From NCBI GenBank assembly GCA_019637115.1, contig JAHBWH010000190.1, positions 1-16,589 of the forward strand: a stretch of 16,589 nucleotides of DNA, given 5' to 3'. This stretch comes from Myxococcales bacterium (GTDB lineage Bacteria > Myxococcota_A > Polyangia > Polyangiales > Houyiibacteriaceae). Under the pieces are notes generated by a model that saw nothing but the letters and a program-made list of their open reading frames with translations, ran no database searches and was not told the origin of the DNA. The translations under genes were made by a program, and so were the position numbers. Within the stretch, counting starts at the first letter, position 1; the number at the start of each line of letters is the position of its first letter. Below, piece after piece: positions 1-8,200 of this stretch.

Positions 1-53
1 GGTGGGGCTTGCTCATCGCGTCGAGCGGATGAGCAATCGATGTGCCCGGCGAT

Positions 54-87
54 TTCGCGAGATGCCGCACTGAAATTATTCGCGAAT
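54..87. promoter_or_regulatory. two TTCGCGA palindromic cores (one inside the 10-bp perfect palindrome ATTCGCGAAT at 78-87) downstream of ribA
   Basis: Read directly from the sequence. A 9-bp stem hairpin TTGCTCATC-N10-GATGAGCAA lies just upstream at 9-36. Confidence 0.25.
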
Positions 88-328
88 TTGACCGCCGAAA
101 CGGCCCCTGGCGGCGGATTGGCGGCGGAGGGGGTGGCGGACGCCAGGTGGGGTGCCCGCGAGACGTCCCCAAACTGGAGGGTCGTCATCGGGCTGGCCTC
201 CCACCCGACATTCCCGTCCGACAAGTCTCGAGCCGACAAGTCTCGATGTTCTCAGGCGCCGAAATCCGCATTGAGAGCCGACCAACATCGAGACCAACCA
301 CCTCTCGAGGGCAAGCGGTGGCGCGCTC

Positions 329-988
329 TCACTCCGCATCAAGAAGCTGCGCCGAGTCGAACCCGTTCATCGGTCGCGGCTCGTCGTCGCTCTCGAGGTC
401 GTAGAGGTGGCCCATGCGCGCGCGCTTCGTCTCGAGGTAACCGCGGTTGAGCGCGTGCGGCTCGACGAGGTGCGGCTCGCGCCGCGTCACGACGATACCC
501 TCACCGCGAAGCTGCTCGACCTTCGACGGGTTGTTGGTCATCAGCGCGACCGACTTCACGCCCAGGTCGTTCAGCATCGCGGCGGCCATGTGATAGCGGC
601 GCAGGTCGTCCTCGAAGCCGAGGACGCGGTTGGCGTCCACGGTGTCGTAGCCCTTCTGCTGCATCTGGTAGACGCGGATCTTGTCGCCGAGCCCGATGCC
701 TCGGCCCTCTTGGCGGAGGTAGAGCACGACCCCCCGACCCGCTTCGACGATGCGGCGCAGCGAGAGGTCGAGCTGCTCGCGGCAGTCGCACTTGAGCGAG
801 TGCAGGACCTCGCCCGTGAGGCACTCGCTGTGGACGCGGCACAGGACGTCGTCTCCCGTCACCTCGCCGTAGCAGATCGCGACGTGCTCGACGGGCACGC
901 CCTCTTCCCGATAGGCGACGACCTGGAACGTCCCATACTCGGTGGGCAGGCGGCATTCGGAGTAGCGGCTGACCTTCGACTGGCTCAT
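329..988 (-). CDS. ribA: GTP cyclohydrolase II (riboflavin biosynthesis)
   Basis: The translation MSQSKVSRYSECRLPTEYGTF...CRVHSECLTGEVLHSLKCDCREQL...RQEGRGIGL...GYDTVDAN..LGF...LMTNNPSKV...YLETKRARMGHL aligns along its whole length with E. coli RibA, including the Zn-binding CxxC..C motif and the RQEGRGIG loop. The true start is taken as the ATG at 988 (reverse strand), preceded by GGAAGAA; the ORF-track start at 1003 is a TTG. Lone RibA domain, no DHBP-synthase domain. Confidence 0.9.
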   Translation of the reverse strand: MSQSKVSRYSECRLPTEYGTFQVVAYREEGVPVEHVAICYGEVTGDDVLCRVHSECLTGEVLHSLKCDCREQLDLSLRRIVEAGRGVVLYLRQEGRGIGLGDKIRVYQMQQKGYDTVDANRVLGFEDDLRRYHMAAAMLNDLGVKSVALMTNNPSKVEQLRGEGIVVTRREPHLVEPHALNRGYLETKRARMGHLYDLESDDEPRPMNGFDSAQLLDAE

Positions 989-1229
989 GGGTGGTTCTTC
1001 CAAAGGACGTCGGCCGGAGACCGACGCTGCGAGGGGGACTATGACTCCGGCGGCGTCCCCGTCGAGAACTGGTCCTCACGGTAAGGCACCGTTTGGACGA
1101 CGGGGGGTCCGGATCGTGACGTGACCGGGTGGGTCGAGCGAGAGCATGTGGCCAAGTCGCCCCGATGGCCAGCCCCCAATACAATTTTGTCTAACACTGG
1201 AAACCAACGTCTAGATTTGGCAAGGGCGT

Positions 1230-1895
1230 TCACCGGGCCTTCCGGAACGTCAGATTCACCCGCAAGGGGCCGAGCCGAGGGTGGCGGCCTTCGGGGACGG
1301 GGAGCACGCCATGATAGAAGAGACGTGAGGGACCGCCCCAGACGACCACGTCACCGTGGGTCAGGAGCAGGCGCACGGCGCGGTCGCGGCGGGTCGGGCC
1401 ACCGAAGAGGAACGTCGCGGGCAACCCGAGTGAGATGCTGACGATGGGCTGGTCGAGGTCCTCCTCGTCCTCGTCGCGGTGCAGCGTCATGCGCGCACCA
1501 GGCGCATAGTGGTTCACGAGGCAAGCGTCGGGGGTGAAGTCCACGTAGCCCGCGTGCGCTGCCGCGCGTGACGCCACGTCGGCGAACGAGGCCGGCATGG
1601 GCGGCCAAGGACGCCCGCTCGAGGGATCGCGGTCGGTGTAGCGGTAGCCCTTCCGGTCGGTCACCCACCCCACCGCGCCACAGCACGTGATCGCCGCCGA
1701 CATCGGCTTGCCGCCAGGGGTCGACATCCGTCGAGGCGGCGCCGCGGCGGCGACCGCCTCGACGGCGTCCATCAGCGCGTCGCTCGTCGGCGTCGCGAAG
1801 CCCCGCAGCAGGACCGCGCCAGGTCCGAACGCGCGCGGCGCCTCGGGCCCGAAGAGCGAGAGCGTCTGAACGTCGGCGAGTGGTCGCGCGGGCAC
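1230..1895 (-). CDS. alkB: alpha-ketoglutarate/Fe(II)-dependent dioxygenase AlkB (alkylated DNA/RNA repair)
   Basis: Contains the AlkB-family motifs NHYAPGARMTLHRDEDE (HxD), LFYHGV (distal His) and RVNLTFRKA (2OG-binding Arg). The N-terminus LFGPEAPRAFGPGAVLLRGFA aligns with the E. coli AlkB N-terminus. The ORF runs to an ATG at 1952, but the E. coli alignment favours a GTG at 1895 or 1931, so the start is uncertain. Confidence 0.8.
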   Translation of the reverse strand: MPARPLADVQTLSLFGPEAPRAFGPGAVLLRGFATPTSDALMDAVEAVAAAAPPRRMSTPGGKPMSAAITCCGAVGWVTDRKGYRYTDRDPSSGRPWPPMPASFADVASRAAAHAGYVDFTPDACLVNHYAPGARMTLHRDEDEEDLDQPIVSISLGLPATFLFGGPTRRDRAVRLLLTHGDVVVWGGPSRLFYHGVLPVPEGRHPRLGPLRVNLTFRKAR

Positions 1896-1950
1896 CTCGT
1901 CAGTGTGGGTCCTTTCACCCCCGGCGCCCACGTGCGAAGGTCGCCGTCGC

Positions 1951-2655
1951 ATGGAGGAGCTCCTCGCGATCGCGTTCGCGTTCCCGACCGTCGTCTACAC
2001 CGCGTTGGTGCTCGTCTCCCTCGTCTATTGGCTCGTGGGCATCGTCGGGCTCGTCGACATGGATCTCGGCGCCGACGGCGCGGTGGAGGCCGCCGCTGGC
2101 AAGGTCGACGGCGCGCTCGACGCCGCCGAGGTCGACGGCGCCGTCGACGCGAGCGAGGCCACCGACGGGATCTTCTCCTCGCTCCACTCCCTGCTCAGCG
2201 CGCTCCGACTGCGTCACGCTCCGCTGACCATCACCGCCAGCGTCCTCTTCCTCTTCGCCTGGGTCTTCTCCTACCTCGGCGCCCGCTACCTCGCGCCAGT
2301 GGTCCCCGGCCCCGAGCTCGTCGGCCAGCTCGCGGTCTTCCTCGGGGCCCTGGTGCCCGCGGTGCCACTGACCTCGCTGCTCACGCGACCGCTCGGGCCG
2401 CTCTTCCAGCGCAACCCAGGGCGGGGCAAGCGCGACCTCCTCGGCCACACCGGCCGCGTGCGCATCTCCGCCGCCGTCGGCGAGCGCGCGCAGATCCGCG
2501 TCCGCATCGGCGGTGACGACCTCCTCCTCCGCGCGCGCGCCGACGCCGAGCTGCCCACCGGCGCCGAGGTGCTGCTGGTCGACTACGACGAAGCGAACGA
2601 CACCTTCATCGCCGAGCCAATGTCGGCCGTGATGAACGACGAGTCGTCGCGCTGA
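1951..2655 (+). CDS. YqiJ/NfeD-like inner-membrane protein with C-terminal OB-fold beta-barrel (flotillin partner)
   Basis: About 235 aa. It has N-terminal hydrophobic helices (FAFPTVVYTALVLVSLVYWLVGIVGLV; ITASVLFLFAWVFSYLGARYL; LAVFLGALVPAVPLTSLL), an acidic DxD-rich loop, and a C-terminal beta-rich segment GHTGRVRISAAVGERAQIRVRIGGDDLLLRARADAELPTGAEVLLVDYD typical of short NfeD/YqiJ (DUF1449-type) proteins. It lies immediately upstream of, and on the same strand as, a flotillin gene, as in yqiJK and yuaF-floT. The start is set at the ATG at 1951; a GTG at 1903 is also possible. Confidence 0.6.
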   Translation: MEELLAIAFAFPTVVYTALVLVSLVYWLVGIVGLVDMDLGADGAVEAAAGKVDGALDAAEVDGAVDASEATDGIFSSLHSLLSALRLRHAPLTITASVLFLFAWVFSYLGARYLAPVVPGPELVGQLAVFLGALVPAVPLTSLLTRPLGPLFQRNPGRGKRDLLGHTGRVRISAAVGERAQIRVRIGGDDLLLRARADAELPTGAEVLLVDYDEANDTFIAEPMSAVMNDESSR

Positions 2656-2676
2656 GCCGCAGACCGAGCGGCGCCG

Positions 2677-2703
2677 AGAATCGGATCGCTCGGAACCGAT
2701 TCT
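2677..2703 (+). promoter_or_regulatory. 8-bp stem hairpin AGAATCGG-N11-CCGATTCT between the YqiJ-like and flotillin genes
   Basis: Perfect inverted repeat 22 nt downstream of the stop at 2655 and inside the 199-bp intergenic gap of the putative operon. A second inverted repeat GCTCGTG-gatga-CACGAGC lies at 2772-2790. Confidence 0.3.
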
Positions 2704-2854
2704 GCATTGCCCGCGGGTGGGGGGTGCTTACCGAGAAGCGCGCTCCCGACGGGCGGAGCGAAGCCGGTGACGCTCGTGGATGACACGAGCATCGCCGCTC
2801 GTGTAGATCAGCCAACCGCGAGCGGCGCCCGCCCGTTTGCGATGAGGGGAGACC

Positions 2855-4981
2855 ATGGACTCGAACACGTACGTGATCCTGATCGCCATCGGCGCAGGGT
2901 CGATCATCTTCTTCGGCCTCATCGCGATGGTCGCGAAGTTCTACCGCAAGGTCGACCAAGGGCGCGCCCTCATCATCAACCCCCTGCGTGGCGATCCCTG
3001 GGTCACCTTCGGCGGCGGCGTGGTGTGGCCGATCATCTACCGCGGCGAGGTCATGGACATCTCCGTCAAGACGATCGAGATCGACCGCCGCGGCAAGGAC
3101 GGGCTCATCTGCAAGGACAACATCCGCGCGGACATCTCCGTGACCTTCTTCGTGAAGGTGAACAAGACACCGGAGGACGTGCTCAACGTCGCGCAGCTCA
3201 TCGGCTGCGCGCGAGCCTCCGACCAGCAGACGATCGAGAACCTCTTCAACGCGAAGTTCTCCGAGGCCCTCAAGACCGCCGGCAAGAAGTTCGATTTCGC
3301 CGCGCTCTACGAGGAGCGCGAGCAGTTCCGCAAGGAGATCGAGGCGGTCATCGGCCAGGACCTCAACGGCTTCACGCTCGAGGACACCGCCATCGACTAC
3401 CTCGAGCAGACGCCGGTCGAGCTGCTCGACCCACAGAACACACTCGACGCCGAGGGTATCCGCAAGATCACCGAGATCACCGCGGCGCAGAACGTGAAGA
3501 CCAACGAGCTCCGTCAGGACGAGCGCATGAAGGTCGGCGCGGAGAACCTGAAGGCCGACGAGGCCGTCTTCGAGTTCGAGAAGCGTCGCGCCGAGGCCGA
3601 GGCGAAGAAGCACAAAGAGATCGCCGAGGCGCAGGCGAAGGCGGAGAACGAGGCCATCCGCGTGCGCGATCTCGAGCAGCGCATGACGATGATCGAGCGG
3701 CAGAAGCACGAGGAGGCGGTCGCGGTCGCCGCGGAGGCCAAGGCGCGAGGCGTCGCCATCGCCGAGAAGAACCGTGAGCGCGAGATCGCCGTCGAGACGG
3801 AGCGCGTCGAGAAGGCGCGGGCGCTCGAGGCGATCGGCCGGGAGCGCGAGACGGAGCTCGGCCGCATCCAGAAGGACAAGGAGGTCGAGGTCCAGAAGAA
3901 GGAGATCGCCGAGGTCGTCCGGACCCGTATCGTCGTCGACAAGTCGGTCGCCGAGGAGGAGGAGCGGATCAAGGATCTGCGCCTCGTCGCGGACGCGAAG
4001 CGCACCAAGGAGGCCACGATCATCACCGCCGAGGCGCAGGCCCAGGAGCTGCTCATCAAGCAAGTGAAGGCCGCCGAGGCGCAGGAGACCTCGGCCAAGC
4101 TCGAGGCGAAGCAGCGGCTCACGCTCGCCGAAGCCGACCTCGAGGTCGCCGACAAGGCGGCGCGCGGGAAGATGCGTTTCGCCGAGGGTGTCCAGGCCGA
4201 GGCAGCCGCGCCGGGCCTCGCCGAGGCGAGGGTCCGCGAGGCCACCGCGCAGGCCATCGAGAAGGAAGGGCTCGCGAAGGTCCGCGTCGACGAGGCGCAG
4301 GCCAGCGCGGTTCAGAAGCTCGGTCTCGCCGAGGCGGAGGTCGTGCGCGAGAAGCTCAAGGCCGAGGCCACCGGCGAGGAAGAGAAGGGGCTCGCCCAGG
4401 CGCGCATCGAGGAGGCCATGGCCGCCGCGATCGAGCGCAAGGGGCTGGCGGAGGCCGCGGCGATCGAGAAGAAGCTCGTCGCCGAGGCGACCGGTCTGGC
4501 CGAGAAGGCGACGGCGATGAAGGCGCTCGACGGCGTGGGCCGCGAGCACGAAGAGTTCCGCATCCAGCTCGAGAAGGAGAAGGAGGTGGAGCTCGCCGAG
4601 GTCGAGGCGAAGAAGGACATCGCCCGCGCGCAGGCCGACGTGATGGCCAAGGCGATGGAGAGCGCGAAGATCAACATCGTCGGCGGCGACGGCGCCTTCT
4701 TCGATCGCTTCGTGAAGGCGGTCTCGCTCGGCAAGTCGGCGGACGGCATGATCGAGGAGAGCTCCACGCTCAAGGCGCTCCTCTCGGACTACCTCACGGG
4801 GAACGGCAGCCTCCCGCAGGACCTCAAGGAGGTGCTGAGCCGGCCTGCGCTCGACTCGACCGCGGTCCGCAACCTCACCATCTCGGCGGCCCTCTCGAAG
4901 TTCATGTCCGGCGCCGACGGCGTCACGCGGGAGAAGCTCCAGAAGCTGATCGACCGCGCCAAGGACATGGGCCTCGAGTGA
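2855..4981 (+). CDS. yqiK: flotillin-family SPFH/Band-7 protein (YqiK/FloT type), unusually long (708 aa)
   Basis: It has an N-terminal TM helix (YVILIAIGAGSIIFFGLIAMVAKFYRK) and an SPFH domain (RALIINPLRGDPWVTFGGGVVWPIIYRGEVMDISVKTIEIDRRGKDGLICKDNIRADISVTFFVKV) that aligns with YqiK-type flotillins. A long Glu/Ala/Lys-rich coiled-coil region and a C-terminal flotillin tail (NIVGGDGAFFDRFVKAVSLGKS) follow. There is an RBS GAGGGGAG upstream of the ATG at 2855. Confidence 0.85.
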   Translation: MDSNTYVILIAIGAGSIIFFGLIAMVAKFYRKVDQGRALIINPLRGDPWVTFGGGVVWPIIYRGEVMDISVKTIEIDRRGKDGLICKDNIRADISVTFFVKVNKTPEDVLNVAQLIGCARASDQQTIENLFNAKFSEALKTAGKKFDFAALYEEREQFRKEIEAVIGQDLNGFTLEDTAIDYLEQTPVELLDPQNTLDAEGIRKITEITAAQNVKTNELRQDERMKVGAENLKADEAVFEFEKRRAEAEAKKHKEIAEAQAKAENEAIRVRDLEQRMTMIERQKHEEAVAVAAEAKARGVAIAEKNREREIAVETERVEKARALEAIGRERETELGRIQKDKEVEVQKKEIAEVVRTRIVVDKSVAEEEERIKDLRLVADAKRTKEATIITAEAQAQELLIKQVKAAEAQETSAKLEAKQRLTLAEADLEVADKAARGKMRFAEGVQAEAAAPGLAEARVREATAQAIEKEGLAKVRVDEAQASAVQKLGLAEAEVVREKLKAEATGEEEKGLAQARIEEAMAAAIERKGLAEAAAIEKKLVAEATGLAEKATAMKALDGVGREHEEFRIQLEKEKEVELAEVEAKKDIARAQADVMAKAMESAKINIVGGDGAFFDRFVKAVSLGKSADGMIEESSTLKALLSDYLTGNGSLPQDLKEVLSRPALDSTAVRNLTISAALSKFMSGADGVTREKLQKLIDRAKDMGLE

Positions 4982-4987
4982 GGCGCG

Positions 4988-5022
4988 CGCCGCGCGTCGA
5001 CCTTCGGGCTCGACGCGCGGCG
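4988..5022 (+). terminator. GC-rich hairpin (13-bp stem, 9-nt loop CCTTCGGGC) directly after the flotillin stop codon
   Basis: CGCCGCGCGTCGA pairs with TCGACGCGCGGCG as a perfect inverted repeat 7 nt downstream of the TGA at 4979-4981. There is no U-tract, as is common in high-GC genomes. Confidence 0.5.
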
Positions 5023-5205
5023 TGACCATCCCCCCTTCGGGCCGCCCCCTTCGGGTCGACGCTCCGCCCGCTCGGACCTCGAGGTGCCCGAGAGCGCTCC
5101 CCGAGGGCGCGCACCACGACCTTCGCGAACCCATGCTGCGCCGAGGCCCTCCCTCGGCCCGGCGGTCCCGGCGACGCTCCGTCGCCCAGCAGAGGATGAG
5201 CTCGC

Positions 5206-8200
5206 ATGGCAGACGACAGCGAGACCGAGACCGCCCTCGAAGGCGGGAACTACGAGGTGGTCCGGGCGCGCCTGGTCGCGCAGGCGAAGGAGCTCGGCGC
5301 CCGCATCGATCGGCTCAACGAGCGGCGCCGCGAGGTCTTCGGCGGCACCGAGCTCGAGGTGGTCGCGAACGAGCGCGTGCGCACCGAGAACAACTGCGTC
5401 CCACGCGACATCGTGAACGTCGGGGGCCAGCTCCTCTTCGGCTACAACGTCTTCCTCGGGCTGAAGAAGGAGACGACGGTCGGCGACATCCTCTCGGTGC
5501 ACCGCTTCGCCGAGACCGCGGACGGCTACGATCTCGGCGAGGTCCCGGCCCTCGAGGTCGACTTCCTCGCCGACGAAGGCTTCCGCAAGGAGCTCACGAC
5601 GCTCTACTCGTACTTCAAGGAGGCGCGCCTGCTGCAGCTCCGGAAGACCGACACGCGCTTGCTCGCGGTCTTTCAGATCGGCGCCTCGACGAGCGAGATC
5701 CGCGTCTTCCGCTGGCGCATCGATCCGAGCGGGCGCGTCACCTTCATGGACGCCCGCGGCGAGGGCGACCACGTCTTCCCGAAGGCGTACGACTTCGAGT
5801 GGGTGCCGGTCACGCGCAACGATCAGGTCCAGGGCCGCTACCCGCACCTGTCGATCCTCGACGAGATCTTCGTCGAGACCACCGGCGGCGACCTGACGAT
5901 CAAGGTGGAGAACAACACGGAGACCGGCCGAGGCATCTACGCCGAGCCGGTCGACGACCCGAACCAGGCGCTCGACGACGCGCAGGTCCGTTACGCGAAG
6001 GTCGGCAGCCTCATCCTGCTCGAGATCCTCCCCTTCCGTGAGCAGAGGAAGCGCTACTTCGTCTACAACGGCCGGATCCAGCGCGTGACACGCATCGACG
6101 CGATCGGCACGGCCTGCCGGAGCCTCCCCGAGGACCAGGGCATCCTCTTCCCGGGCGGCTTCTACCTCGAGACGGGCGAGCAGAAGATCTTCGACGAGGA
6201 CGTCGCGGGGCTCGAGCTCAAGCGCGTGATCCAGTCACCGAACGGCGAGGACATGCTCTACGTCTTCCACCGTCGCGACGAGGGCCTCTACCAGCTCCTG
6301 CCCTACAACGTGATCCGCAAAGAGCTGCAGACGCCGATCCGCGCGCACGGCTTCAGCCTCTTCGACGACGGAAAGATGGTCGTCTTCCGCGCGACCGAAG
6401 AGCCGACGCGCGTGCACCCGATGCAGATCTGGCGGACGCCCTTCACGAGCGCCGAGTACGCCGCCAAGGCCCCCACGAACGGCTCTTTCCTCGCGAAGGT
6501 GGGCAACGCAGATCTCGTCCGCGGCGTGAGCGACTGCTTCACCATCCGCCGGCTGATCGAACGCGCCGAGCCGAGCCGCGCGAACTACGAGGTGCTGATC
6601 AAGACGATCACCCGCACCCTCGACGCCTATTACTGGCTCGGCCACGAGGAGGTCGGCGCGCTCGACGCGAGCCTCACGGAGCTGCGGCGCACGGCCGAGC
6701 TCATCGTCGACGAGTTCGAGAAGCTGCTCGCGCTGCGGCAGCGAGCGGCCGCCGAGCTCGACGTGGCGAAGGCGAAGCAGGCCGAGATCCTCGCGAACGT
6801 CCGCGCCGCCGAGCTGAGCTCGGTCGAGGGCTTCATGCGCGCCCTCACGCAGCTCCGCCACCAGCGCGGGGCGCTCATCACGCTGAAGGAGGTCCGCTAC
6901 GTCGATCTCGAAGCAGCGGACGCGCTCGAGGCGGAGATCGTCGAGCAGTTCGACCGGGTGAGCCGGGCGTGCGTGAGCTTCCTGCTCGGTGACGACGCCC
7001 TCGTCCCGATCCGCGGCCGGCTCGAGGCCATCCTCGCGCGCGTGGACGAGTGCCGCACCGTGGCCGAGATGGCGCCGCTCGGCGCCGAGCTCGACGAGAC
7101 GGGTGAGGGCCTCGACGTGATCAGCGAGATCGTCCAGGGCCTCGACGTCGACGACGCGACCGCGCGCACGCAGATCCTCGAGGGCATCAGCGAGGTCTAC
7201 GCGCTCCTCAACCGCGTGCGCGCCAGCGCGGTCGCGCGTCGGCGCGAGCTCGCGAGCCAAGAGGGGCGCGCGGAGTTTGGCGCGCAGTTCAAGTTGCTCG
7301 CCCAGGCCGTGAGCAGCGGGCTCGCGCTCGCCGAGACACCCGAGCGGTGCGACGAGCAGCTCTCGCGCCTGATGGTGCAGCTCGAGGAGCTCGAAGCGCG
7401 CTTCAGCGAGCTCGACGAGTTCACGGCCGACCTCGCGGTCAAGCGCGAGGAGATCTACGAGGCCTTCAGCACCAAGAAGCAGGCACTCCTCGACGCGCGG
7501 CAACGCCGCGCCGAGGGGCTGATGGACGCGGCGAGCCGCATCCTCGAGGGCGTCGGCCGGCGAGCGCGCACGTTCAAGGCGCCGGACGAGCTCCACGCCT
7601 ACTTCGCGTCGGACCCGATGGTCACCAAGCTGCGCCAGATCGGCGCGCAGCTCCGAGAGCTCGGCGACTCGGTGAAGTCCGACGAGGTCGACGCGCGCAT
7701 GAAGAGCGCGCGCCAGGACGCGCTCCGCGCGCTGCGCGATCAGGTGGACCTCTTCGAAGAAGGCGACCTCATCCGGCTCGGCAAACACCGCTTCAGCGTG
7801 AACACCCAGCCGCTCGAGCTGACGATGGTGCCCCGCGGCGATCGCATGGCGATTCACCTCACGGGCACCGACTTCTACGAGCTCGTCGACGATCCCGAGC
7901 TCGAGGCCACGCGGCCCTATTGGTCGCAGGAGCTCGTCTCCGAGACGCCGACGGTCTATCGGGCCGAGTACCTCGCGACGGGCATCCTCTTCGACGCCGA
8001 AGAGAACCGCGACGGCCTGACCATCGAGGCGCTCCACGAGGCGCAGCGCACCGAGGGCGGCCTCGCCGAGGTCGTGCGGCGCGTGGCGTCGACGCGCTAC
8101 GACGAGGGCTACGACCGAGGTGTCCACGACGCGGACGCGACGCTCATCCTCGAGAAGCTGCTCACCCTCCGCGACTCGGCGGGGCTCCTTCGCTACGCCG

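Noticed and set aside
320-370. GGTTCGACTC-like segment on the minus strand resembling a tRNA T-arm
   Set aside because: It lies inside the ribA coding sequence, and no acceptor, D or anticodon stems can be drawn.
40-450. ORFs 40..450 (+), 42..404 (+) and 76..342 (-) at the window start
   Set aside because: They overlap the 3' end of ribA, have low-complexity Gly/Arg-rich translations and no motifs. The region is treated as non-coding 3' flank.
1004-1229. Possible FMN riboswitch (RFN element) in the ribA leader
   Set aside because: The leader has a P1-like GUUCU...AGAAC pairing and a GGGG...CCCC hairpin. It lacks the conserved GGGUGAAAUUCCC and GGAUGGGAGA blocks, and the candidate segment (about 80 nt) is too short for the six-helix RFN fold. 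The AT-richer stretch TTAGACAAAATTGTATTGG is more simply the ribA promoter.
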